From NCBI GenBank assembly GCA_051362555.1, contig CM120640.1, positions 5,642,001 through 5,706,000 of the forward strand: 64,000 nucleotides of DNA. The letters run 5' to 3'. Positions 29,346-40,854 of the stretch are shown piece after piece. A model generated the notes under the pieces. The model made no database searches. It was not told the origin of the DNA and saw only the letters and a list, made by a program, of their open reading frames with translations. How positions within the stretch are numbered: position 1 is the stretch's first letter; every line of letters begins with the position of its first letter. This DNA comes from Lingula anatina (taxonomy: Eukaryota > Animalia > Brachiopoda). A program made the position numbers and the translations under genes.

Positions 29346-30753
29346 GTCGTAGCTGCAGGCAGTTGGCGCGCTGCATGCCACCTTTGAACCAACGTCGGGG
29401 CGACGTTGGGTTTCCAGCGGCCAAAAAGATTTTCCCGCTCAAATTCTTTTATGCTTTGAAAGACATTTCAATTATCACATTTCATGTATAGACAATTTAT
29501 AAATGTGAATGAGCAACGTTCTAGTACTTTTTTTGTACCTAGGAGTATATATTGTTTATATTTTCTCTAGTTGAATTTGAAATGCTTATATAATAGGTGT
29601 ATATAGCAAGGCTGCATGATACTAACATGTAAACTTATAATGTCAGCATGGGCTTAACACTGGATAAACCTTATGGCATACATTCCAAACTCAGTTTAGC
29701 ATTAAGGGGTCAGTAGGCTAACCTAAAATATCCAGCGGTGGTTCTTTTAGGGAGGGGGGGGGGCAAGTTTAAATTGAATTTTTTTCTAGATGTTTAGTCA
29801 AATACCCACAGGGTATGATATAATAATGTTTCTTTTTTGGTTTAGGCTCATAATTAGACAAGGCATTTTGTGCACATTACAAAGCCACACTTAATATGTA
29901 TCTCATATTTCTCTTATAGTCTTCCATCATGCATTACTACCTATTTGTCGCCTGTGTTGAGCAGTCAATCCTCACAAGAAAATACACTTGAAAGGTATGT
30001 GTGTATATAGTTAAAGTGCTTCAGTGTGTCATTGCCATGGTAAGATGCAGTAGTTTAACTTATATCATCCCTATCAATGGATTAAGTAGTAAACAACTAA
30101 GAAATTAATTTAGCCTACTTCTTGCCTGCGACTCTCTTCTGGAATTTAGTACATTATTCTTCTTAAAATATATGTAAGTGACAGGGATGGGGGTAGGAGG
30201 AGGAGGCTGGAGAAGAAGAAGAAGAAGGGTAATATATTTAGCAGAGTAACCACTTCCCTGGAAAATAATTACATTATTTCGTCTACATTTCAAAGTATAC
30301 ATTAACAACTTCATTTCAATATGCAACATTACGAATAAGCGCGGGTGGATTGGATGCGAACTAAGAAATAAGTCATTAGAAGACAACTGAAACCAACGGT
30401 TCAATAATACGATAGAGAAACATGGATTGTTGATTCGTTGCGGCCAAAATCGAGCGTACAAAACTAACCTGTCTGTCCCTGACCTCATAAAGTTTAGAAC
30501 ATTTCACATCGCAAATAGAAAAAATAATAGTTAGAGAAACGTGGATCAGTATCATGCTAGATTCCTTAAGCTTGGTTTCAGTTGTCTTCTTAGCCGTTTT
30601 TTATTTTGCATATCAGTGAAATAACATATGATATTAACGGTGAATTTTGTATGTTTTATTAGATTAAGTGTGAGTTTTTATATTTTTTCTATTCTCTTCA
30701 CAGAGAAAGAAGCAGCCCAGGCGCCGCAGCAGAGTTCCTCAGATGAATCTTAG

Positions 30754-30822
30754 TCATCATCATCATCATTCCTCTTCGTCCCGTGTGGGAATTAAGGCCA
30801 CAGTCACTTCTTTCCAGCGTAG
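30754..30822 (-). mobile_element. RTE LINE 3' tip
   Basis: Translates RWKEVTVALIPTRDEEE* followed by a (TGA)n tail. Confidence 0.55.
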
Positions 30823-30859
30823 TGTCGTAGTCAAAGATATGCTGCAAATCTTGCGACTC

Positions 30860-31330
30860 ACAGAGCGTCATCTATTCGATATGATGTTAACAATGCCATC
30901 AAATGTACGTCGGGGAAACGAGGCAGAAATTAAAAGACAGAATTAGACACCACCGCTGCCCTATAAACAACAAAAACCTCTTCGTGCCTGTGGGACAACA
31001 CAACACTCAGCTAAAGACATCACCGTCACCGTCTTAAAAGGAAACGACACTAGGCAAAGACGGATCGTCGTACAGAAATGTATTAGAACACTAGACACCT
31101 TGAATAATGGACTCAGTAGGGACAATAGTTTCTTAAATGAATATTGATTTTTTATATGTTACGTTTAGCGTTTAGGACGCTTTTGCAGCATCGCGTGCCT
31201 TTAACACGTCATCGACGCCACATACCCCAGGAGTTTTTCTTCACCATTTTTTTAATGTCTCTGAAGAAGGCCTAGGGACCGAAAGCTTGGATTATATATG
31301 ACATCTGTAAAGTAGATCTTTAGAGATGCA
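30860..31330 (+). mobile_element. Penelope-like element 3' fragment (GIY-YIG endonuclease relic and terminal repeat)
   Basis: VIYSI*C*QCHQMYVGETRQKLKDRIRHHR...IRTLDTLNNGL, followed by a CTGAAGA...GAAA motif. Confidence 0.8.
31256..31304 (+). ncRNA. Penelope-type minimal hammerhead ribozyme motif, probably degenerate
   Basis: CTGAAGA-a-GGcC-tagg-GaCC-GAAA-GCTT core just downstream of a GIY-YIG relic. Confidence 0.5.
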
Positions 31331-33139
31331 TCAGTAATAATATTTATTTTCAATAACTAATTGAATTATCGTTATTAACTCACTCAGATTTATAAAGATG
31401 TTTCTTCACAAAACATGATTCACGTTGTTATTATTATTATCTTTTAGGCCAACGGGACTTTTTCACTTCAGTGAGAGGGTTATTACGAAGAAACGCCGCT
31501 GCTACCCTATTGCCAACGTTCGCCAATTGAGTCATAGCTGGCTGACCATGGAGAGTCCATAATAACATTGTCTAATTAAAGAACGGCATTATTTGCATAA
31601 CGGTGGTAAAACGATGGTTAACGACGTTGGCGCGAAGTTGGCAAGAAGGTGGCACCGTTGGCATAACAGCGGCTGACCGCCGATAGTAATAGCTCATAAC
31701 GACATTGGCCCAACGTTGGCGCGACGTCGGCAAAAGGTCGGCATAACAGCGGCTAACCGCCGATAGTAATAGCTCATAACGACGTTGGCCCGACGTTGGC
31801 GCGAAGTTGGCAAATTGTCGGCATGACAGCGGCTGACCGCCGTTTATCCATAATGACGTCGGCCCAGCGTCGGTGCGACGTTGGCAAAAGGGTGGCAGAC
31901 CACCGGTGGGCCGACGGCGGGCCGCCGGACACGCCGACTTCGAACCGACGTCGTCTGCCAACGTTGGCCCAACGGAGGCAAAGTCGTCGGGCCGACGTTG
32001 GCACGACCACTCTTTGCTATCTGGGCCAGGCCGAGCAAATAGGACGTTTTTTAAAGCCAAAAATTTACAAAATGAGCTTTTAATTTGTGTATTTGGATAA
32101 AGATATCGTTAGTTGGGCATGTTTTCTGAAGAATATGTTCCGTTCAGGCCATTCTGACGCTATGGCCATTGTCCTTTAAACTTAGAGCATGCAGACAAGA
32201 AGCAGGTGAGAGCATTGCTTCTTTTGTCAGACGAATAAGACTCGTGGCAAATGAGTGCAAATATACCGATTGTTGAACAACACATAATTGACACTCTTAT
32301 TTTTGGCACTAACTCAGAGCGAATTCAGGTGAAATTATTACTAAGAGAGGAAAATTTGACACTAGATCAGGCTCTTTAATTGCACGAATAGAGGAAGCAA
32401 CTTAGAAACAGATTGAGGATCTTCACAGTACATCAGCAAAGGAAATTCATGCACCACGACCAAGTGGAAACAGTCAAAGAGGGAGACCGCGTTACAGACA
32501 GCCACAACATCGCACTCCTCGCCAGCAAACTCAATCAAAGGCACCAAGCAAACAAGGCTCACAACCACCACTGCAAGAATGTGGTAAATGTGGAACTGAA
32601 CATGGTTTTCAACAGTGCCCAGCTAAAGGCACAATTTGTCTCAAATGTGGCAAGCCAGATCACTGGAAAGGGTATGTAGAATAAAAACAGTAACTGCATC
32701 GACCCATAGTCTCAATTAGTAAAACTGTGCATTCAGTAGCAAATGAAAGTGACAGTAGCAGTGTATACTTTGACTCTATGTATGAAGATATCAGTCGAAA
32801 CAGTCCCCAGTCAAGCCATTTACTGACATTGAAGTTAAAGTTGGGAACTCTACTTCAACATTACGTTGCAAAATAGACACTGCATGGTGCTGAGGGAAAT
32901 GTAATATCACTGTCTTCTTTCAAAAAACTTGCAATTAAGCAACCACTAAAGCCTACAAATGACACGATTACTGCATATGGTGGCAGTAAGTTACCAGTAT
33001 GTGGAATAACAACATTGACATTCACAAATGACAAGGTCATGGTGACCTCAGACAGCTATATTGTGGACTGTGAAGGACCAGTTATACTAGGAATGGAAAC
33101 CAGTCAGAAACTGGGACTTGTTACCCTGAACATAAATAC

Positions 33140-34185
33140 AGTGACATGACAGTCCATAGGCCTACTATCAGAGTATAAGGATGTCTTTGAAGGTATCGGG
33201 AAATTGTATGGGGAATATCACATAAATATTGACCCCACTGTTTCTCCTGTTGTTCACCCACCACGGTATGTACCTATTGCATTGCAGCCAGCACTCAAGG
33301 AGGAGTTGGACTCTCTCGTTGAGCAAGGGATCCTGTCACCTGTCACACAACCAATGAAATGGGTAAACTCGTGTGTATGTGTAACCAAACCCAATGGAAA
33401 AATACGTCTTTGCCTAGACCCAAAAGACTTAAATACGGCAATTAAACGTCCACACCACTACACGCCAACACTGGATGACGTCCTACCTCAACTGAGTGGC
33501 GCGCATTATTTCAGTATACTTGACCTTCGGAGTGGGTATTGGAATATCCCGTTAGATGAAGAAAGTTCTCTCCTGACTACCTTCAATACGCCTTTCGGAA
33601 GATTTAGATACAACAGACTACTATCCATAGACTACCCTTTCGCCTCTCGCTATCTCAAGATGTCTTTCAAGCCAAGATTGAAGAAGTCTTCAAGGACATT
33701 CCAGGGAGTACCGGAATCGCCGACGACCTAATCATAACAGGTTGGCAGGAAGACGAATCTGACCACAATCCGACTCTGTGCGTAGTATTAGATACAGCCA
33801 GAAGAAAGGGGACACGCTTTAATGAAGACAAGATGATTCTTAGAAAGGAGGAAATTCCATTATTCGGTCATATTATAGGAAAAGGCTTAAACAAGACCCA
33901 GCAAAGGTAGAAGCCATTAATGTAATAAAAGAACTGAGAAATGTATCCGAGCTACAAACATTCGTTGGAATGGTAAATTATCTAAGCAGATACATTCCCC
34001 ATATGTCTCAACTTATAACCAGTCTCAGAGACCTGTGCAAGAAGGAAAGTATTTTTCAGTGGAATGCTGAACACTGTATTGCATTCAACGAGATAAAAAG
34101 AGAAATAGCAAACGCAACCAACCTCCAATTCTACGACAGTAGCAAGTCACTTACACTCCAGGTTGATGCTTCATCTTATGGATAC
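33140..34185 (+). pseudogene. Gypsy pol pseudogene (RT and start of RNase H)
   Basis: ORFs 33204-33731 and 33970-34188 carry RT motifs broken by frameshifts. Confidence 0.92.
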
Positions 34186-34402
34186 TAATTACTAACCACT
34201 CATCAATTAGTCAATAACAAAAATTAGCCCATTTCTGCCTTATCCTAAAAATTTCAGTCAAATATCTCTATAACTTTTAGCATAATGTCGCTAGCAGACA
34301 ATGCAATTTTGGTCAGTTTATACTAAAAATGCATGGAGTTGGTACCAGTGCAAATGACCCAACTTATGATCACTATGGTGGTGACAGGCCCAAAATCTTT
34401 AC

Positions 34403-34585
34403 CATCAAATCAGCCCATCGAATACACGCCAAATGCCACATATCAAGTCTCCAGGGGTACTTCTCCGTGTACAAATACGCAGCATGGCCCCAAGCCACCA
34501 AGACCACCACTACATGTAGAGCTTCCTGCAGTAGCAACTCCAGTTTTGTTTTTGTACCTACTGACGCTGCTTCCCCGAGTTTCAT
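34403..34585 (-). pseudogene. Small membrane-protein gene, copy A2: exon 1 only (ATG and donor intact), own exon 2 deleted
   Basis: MKLGEAASVGTKTKLELLL...WADLM|GTAAAG; intron homology to A1 ends at about 34185, where it abuts the truncated Gypsy pol. Confidence 0.7.
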
Positions 34586-35928
34586 CGCTTGTGCCCCTCT
34601 ACCGGTATATACCTGTTGCAGGGTGAATATACTAGTTCGATGATGACACAACGTTTAGTTATATAATGGAGTAGCATGTGCGTCATAACGTTTTTCAACT
34701 AAGTGGCAAATAATATGCAACTGGCGTCTAAGACTGAGTATATCACATGAAATTTTTGTCACGTTTTTATCACAGAAGAAATCCCAAAGGTTCAAGGAAT
34801 ACTATTTTGGCGCTTTCGAGATCTTTTGAAAATCTGTCTTTCATCGGTCAAACGGGTAATCGAGTCACTGGCATAAATGTAATGTTTAACGTATGAAAGT
34901 GATCTATAGGCATACATAACACTATGTATAAACATCTGACACTTAAGTAGGCTAAGCAAACTATTAGCGTTTTTTGTCAGTTTTGTACGAAGGTGCCAAT
35001 ACTTCAGTGGGACTGCATGGTGACACTTGTGCTCTTTTCCTGTAGCAAAGCAGACACGAGGGTCCATAAGGGACAGGGAATGCATTTTCGCTATATTTTC
35101 TAAGATATTTCTCCGGTTAATTCTCTGCATTTTTCTGTGCCTGTCCAGCGAGACATTTCGAGAAAAAAAATCACCCGCTGACCTTTCGTAGAGAGTATGG
35201 GTTTCGAGTATCTGGAGTGTGTTAGCGAAATAATAGTAAGGGGGCCTACACATGTAAGTCAGATCAATTTAAAAAATCAGATATTAAAAGCAATTTAATA
35301 AAATTAAATAATTCTCAAAATTCAAACCTTTTCTTAATTTAGTACCCATCAATGCTAAAATCCATTGAAGAGTGTATTTCCTTAATATAAAGATCCAACA
35401 TGCATGAAATACTTAAAAGTATATGAAAGAAAATTGCACAATAGGCCTACTGACATTTCAAATGGGCTTAATGACCGCGACGCTGAGGTCTTAAAAATTC
35501 AAGGTGTTGCTTATTGAACACTTTTGTCAAATTTCAATGCTTTTAACAAAATACAAATAATAATAGTAAAAATAAATGAATATTTAATTACAGACAATAA
35601 AATTGAACACAATATAATTACTGAAAATTTAAATAATCATTTAAAGTACCTAGTTTGTGAAAGTAAATTAAAACATTTAATTAAAACTTTCTTTAAGAAT
35701 GCAAATTTACAATAAAATTATAAAACGGTTCACGTTTTTCGCTTTTTTTATGGCAGACGACAGTTCGTGTTATCGAACATAAATCTCTAATTAATCTTAA
35801 ACATATCCGTACAATCGGTAAAACTTCACCCCTTTTAAAATCTTATAAATATAAAAATCGAAAAAGTGCACAATTCACGAAAATCCCATCGTGCACCTCA
35901 TATATGTTATATCATGTAGGAAAAACGG

Positions 35929-36212
35929 TCAGTAATAAAAGCCATGCCATTTCAGCAAGCCATACAGCAAGGAGCCCACCACTTTTGCATTCAGGGAAGT
36001 TGACGTCATAGCAGTGGAAACGTAAGACGTTGTGTCCAGAGCGTTGCATGGGGTAAAATACAGTAGTTTTTCTCCAATGCCCGGGATTGCATCATCAAAG
36101 CTATTAACTATGCTCGGTAATTTCATGATATGCCAAACACCCATGAACAGATGTAGCCGGCTGCGATAGAGACAACCTGAGGCCCAGTGCATCTGAAAAA
36201 GCAATTGAAATA

Positions 36213-36259
<47 letters not shown>

Positions 36260-37180
36260 GTTTAGTCATTGACTGTACCCGGTACTTACTAAATATATGG
36301 GGGTGCTTTAGATCAATTTATCTATAAGACACAAATATATACCTGACACTGATGCAAAAGCACAGTGTGGACAAGACCGATTGCTGTCAGAAAAATCATC
36401 ATAATAGCCTGGTACCTTCTTTACATCTACATGTAATACCTCTTCCCACAAGCAACTAGGGGATGATGTATCTGGGTTAGTTGAACTACTACTACATGTA
36501 CCAATTTATCCCAAACCCAGGAAGATAACTTTTTGGAAAAAAGGTTAAGACCAGTTTTCGATTTATCTTCATCTTTTCTTTCTTTCTTTCTTTTCTTTTC
36601 TTTTTTTTTTTCGGAGTACATCTTTGGGGTTTTTTTAAAGCGGCAGACCCAAGACCACAAGGAGAAGGACTGTCGAAGCAGAATTAAAACAACTGGGGAA
36701 AAGTTGGGGGACAATCCAACATCTGGCTTGAGACTGAGAGCAGTGGAGGACCTTTTTTGATGCCCTAACCGCCCGACGGGTTAAAAGGAGACAGTAGTAT
36801 ATCTTTAGGCGTTCCAGTAATGGACATACATGTACCAAACTGGCGAATCTCCCTCATTTCATTCACAACAAATAGTAATATATATTAAAAAGAATGTTTA
36901 AAAAACACTTTATGTTGTAAATACTATACCAAAGTGATCGTCCTACCAGTAATATACACAATTATACAACTAAAAATGTAGAATCTTTTACCGTTATATC
37001 AACCCATCGAATGAAGGCGAAATGCCAATTCTTCTCAAGTCCCCACGGGTATTCCTCTTCCGTGTAGAGATATACAACGTGTCCCCAGGCCACAATCACC
37101 ACAACTACATGTAAAATTTCTCTCAGCAGTACCTCCAGTGATGTCTTGGAACATATTGGCAGTGCTAACATGGAATTCAT
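35929..37180 (-). CDS. Small membrane-protein gene, copy B2 (exons 36992-37180 and 35929-36192; 150 aa)
   Basis: Intact ORF and splice sites; nearly identical protein to B1 with many third-position changes. Confidence 0.8.
36217..36258. repeat. (TA)n microsatellite
   Basis: Expanded in the B2 intron relative to B1. Confidence 0.9.
36630..36795 (+). mobile_element. 5'-truncated RTE LINE insertion in the B2 intron
   Basis: GRPKTT.RRTVEAELKQLGKSW...QWRTFFDAL; flanked by an imperfect ~14-bp TSD (AGTACATCTTTGGG / AGTATATCTTTAGG); the site is empty in B1. Confidence 0.8.
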
Positions 37181-40100
37181 CTTTTTCACTCAAGTCTCTG
37201 GCATACCCGTGTTCACTCGAATAACAAAGCGGCAATGACTGGGACTACAGGACAGTAGAATCCACCAGCCACTGCAAACTATCAGGGAAATCTGCAATAC
37301 TTTTTATCTGATGGGTGTTGTTATAATAATGGTTGGCAGGAGAGAGGAATGACTTGTGACGTACGTAATAATAGAGCACCCTCATTAAATCAGCGTGACA
37401 AGTGATACGGATCAGGGTCTCCCCCTGCCAAGTGAGTTCTGCAGCTAGTTGTCTGGTCACTAATCAAATGGATCGCCGCCCAACACTTACCGGTAAATTT
37501 AAAGAAAAAAAACAACAAAAACAGTATCTAACACTTAATAATTCAGACATAGGGTTGCTGACCACACAAGGTAGCTGAAAAACATTATCAATTCACAAAT
37601 ACTTATAATTACTGACAATACTTACAAAATGAAAGACGTTACTATGCTAGTGTAATTACAGTGCACAACATGAATATATAAATATGTCACAGGACAGATG
37701 GTGATTTAACACAATCGCCACTTGTCAGAAGACAGACAGCCACCGAAATCTGTCCAAGGACAATTGCTGATTATCCTAGAATAAATGACGATCAGCATGT
37801 CCTAGGGCAATCGCTATTTGTCCAAGGAGAGTTGCTGATCCATCAGTTTGGATTCTTCACCTAGTGAAAAAATCCAAAATGGATAATGATTTTAATAATA
37901 TCATCTTTTATATAAAACGAATTTGGACCGTTTTTTTATTAAAGAAATCAAAGCCTGTCAGTCATTTAAAAAAATATTCAGGTAGTCAAAATCAATTTTG
38001 TAAAATTCTATTCAAATGCCCTATGACTGATTCCGATCGCCATCTGCCCTAAGACACATGTACATTATAGCAATGACTTTCTACGTCATGATAATAGAAC
38101 CAAAACGACACAAGTAAACAGAATAATAGTAGTCTTTTTTCTTAGCGTCAGTTAAATAAATGAATTCAAAGTAAAGGCGACGAATGTAGAATGGTTCACA
38201 AACAAGAACGTAAAATAATGTACAAACAGTGCAGGCATAAAACATTAGTTTGATATAAAGGCTTGCAAGTTGCTGTTTGAACGCTGCATTCTGGTTGTTG
38301 AGTAGCTGTGCAATTGCGCTCCCACTAACAAATCCATTCACAACAGCGTCAAAAAATAGTAAATTGTGTTAGTGAAGAAAAACACAATAGGTCTTTCTGT
38401 CTGGCCACTGTGAGTTTTCAACTGCACGTACCATTATGTTAGCAAGGTTCTATAAGAAAACATGAAGACCTTAAACAAGGCACTGAAAAATCTGGAATAA
38501 ATATTTAATCTCCCGTAAAGCTTAACCGTGATGGAACACATATTAAGGGATCGAATTCCTTGGTACAGCGTTTCACCATGACATAAAACTTCTTCAAAAA
38601 ACACTACGGGTATCGTTACCTTTCAAAATAATTTCAGTATAGGGGCTATACATTGGAGCTCGCTTTGAGTGATTTGACTTCCAGCCCTGCGTTCATGCCT
38701 TTACCTGTCATCTTGAAATCTCCTTACCTATAAAGATAATAGCGTTTGCTATAAAAACAGTAGCGCTATTATCAACATAATATAGTAGGGAGTTTTTATC
38801 AAATCGTTCCAGTGGGATGAAATAAGGTTCACTATATTTTCAAAATGCTTATTTGTGTGAGTGGCAGTAAGGGCTGAAATCCCAAACCCAGACTTCTCTT
38901 TGCTAATACTAACTCAGAATATCGATCGTTGTGTAACCAAATTTGGAGTTTTATTTACTTTCATCTTGCTAAAACATTTATATAATGCTACTGCTGGCTC
39001 GTTAAATTGGAATTTTGACAAAAAATATGGGAAAAAAGGTTATTTATACTTCCGTATCTCGTGTGAAGTATATGAATCAATAATATGAGTATTTGAGATA
39101 ATGAAATGAAATTGTATAACAAATTGACAATAGTGCAAATTACGAAAAATTGCCACTTAAAGCTACGAAATTCACCAGGCACCTCTTGCTTTGCTTGATA
39201 CACGTTTTGTTTTAGACTCCTCTCTCTTGAAATGTGTTTTTATCCCTATCGCAGCTGATATACCATTTATGTTAAATTTCGCCAGATCGATTTCAAGAAT
39301 GCGCAATATAAACAGCAGCAGAATAAAAGTAAAAAAATGTAAGTGTATTTATTTATTTGATGAAAAATATGACTCTTACAAAATAACTGAGACCCATTGT
39401 TTTTAAACAAGGCGTGAGAAGAAAAGTAACGCCGCACCCTCTCACTGAATCTTGAGGGTGTGACCCCTCATTTTAATGTCATCCATTCATCAAGATCATC
39501 ACCTGGCTTTCGAAGAAAAACGACCCCAGCTTCTCACTGCCAAGGGCGTAATTATACGTGATTTCCTGTATAATCACGATTTTAGTTATGTCATTTGTTT
39601 CCGTTTCTCCCCAAGACCAATAATTTTTTGCATATTTGGTGCATTTAGTTTGACTACATTAAGCTTGCCATGGTAATACTTGTGCTTGTATACTGTGATG
39701 AGTTCAAAGAATTCTTTTCGTTGAAGATGGAAGTCATTGGAAATAATCATTTTTAGATTTTCTCCTGTGCATGTTATGAATTCTGTGTCATTTAAATAAA
39801 TTTTTAGTTTTAAAATATCTGATGCGAAATTACTTAAAAGAAAAGGGAATAACAGGGAGGTGAATTGTAAAGAAAAGGGTCATTCTTTCCTCCGAAAACA
39901 TAAAAAAATCAAATTATCGTATTTGAAACGTGCTCGGCTTAGACGTGTCGTGGATGTTTGGGCTAGTCGAGAGCTGATAAACCTATCGCGTAAACCGGAT
40001 GAGTTCCGAATGCGCGTTTATATTTTTTTGTGTCTAACATACCCCTTTTTCTTAAGATTTTTTTCTTTATGTAATTTATACGTTTGTGCAGAGAATGCCA

Positions 40101-40854
40101 ACAGTTTCAACGAACAATTCATGCAATTTTAAGGTGTGAGTCCCCTTGTACTCTGGGCATCAGGCTTATTTTAAAAATGTTTCAATAAACTTTGAAACCC
40201 TTTAAATTTCGGATCTTAAGAATCAACTCAAAAGATTGCATGGTTTCAAATAAATAATCTTATTAACAGACCCAATACCCCGGTGTTCAAAAGATACATA
40301 GTTCAGAATTTTTATTAGTCAATCTGAAAATCTTTCTCATAGTGCTTCTGCACGCTATTTTGTAAATGGCATTTCCGTTTCAAAACTTGAAGCACATCAG
40401 CAATTATGTGCCATTTATTGGGCCTTTATTACACCTTCCTGCGGAAAAAGTCGTGTTTTTAAATAGTGTGTTTCTTTAGGAATTAAAAGTTTTTTAATGA
40501 GTGATGGAAAATACAACCATCCAAATAAATAAATAAATAAATGAACACGATTAAGAGAACAATTATTCTATTTAATGCAAAAAATGATAAAGTACATCAG
40601 TATGCGTTGGAGCTTTGATTCTGTGTTTAACATACTTTGGAAACCTTCCAAGCTCCTCTGAATAACCCTGAGAAGTAAGAACTCCTAACTGCGTTAAAAA
40701 GTTTCCCGTTTCTTTTCATAAAAGTTTTGAGGTAAACGATTTTACTACCTACCCAGTTTCAAAAGGCGTATGTCCATCCATTAGATTTCATACAAAATGT
40801 TTGACCTTCAAAAAATAATGTGCTAATAGACTTCTAAGAGGTTTAGGCGACTAA

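Larger units (their letters stand above)
27920..32025. mobile_element. CCC-terminal non-autonomous DNA transposon (EnSpm/CACTA-like)
   Basis: TIR CCCAGATAGCA / TGCTATCTGGG, 2-bp CC flanks, subterminal arrays of palindromic GACGTCGGGCCGACG-type motifs at both ends (27935-28180, 31600-32010). Confidence 0.75.
25267..32175. mobile_element. Kolobok-like DNA transposon, non-autonomous, with nested inserts
   Basis: TTAA on both sides (25263-25266, 32176-32179); inverted termini AGGACAAT.../...ATTGTCCT; removing it restores the gag frame. Confidence 0.8.
24694..34185 (+). mobile_element. Degenerate, 3'-truncated Gypsy (Mag-like) LTR retrotransposon interrupted by nested insertions
   Basis: gag start 24985-25266 rejoins in frame with 32180 (FRIQSFK|LRACRQEAGES). 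Twin zinc knuckles (CGKCGTEH...CLKCGKPDHW), protease relic, RT (RLCLDPKDLN, LDLRSGYW, IADD) and RNase H start (LQVDASSYG) follow. Confidence 0.9.
34185..37498. repeat. Second copy of a segmental tandem duplication (first copy about 19850-24692)
   Basis: Collinear similarity across exons, introns and spacers. Confidence 0.92.

Noticed and set aside
30400-30515. Possible THAP-domain relic (RETWIV...EHFT); also a CVAVG motif near 25565
   Set aside because: Needs several frameshifts and lacks the diagnostic cysteines; too weak to call.
37745-37845. Short degenerate repeat GTCCAAGGACAATTGCTGAT (about 3 copies)
   Set aside because: Too few and too diverged copies to interpret; probably a transposon subterminal remnant.
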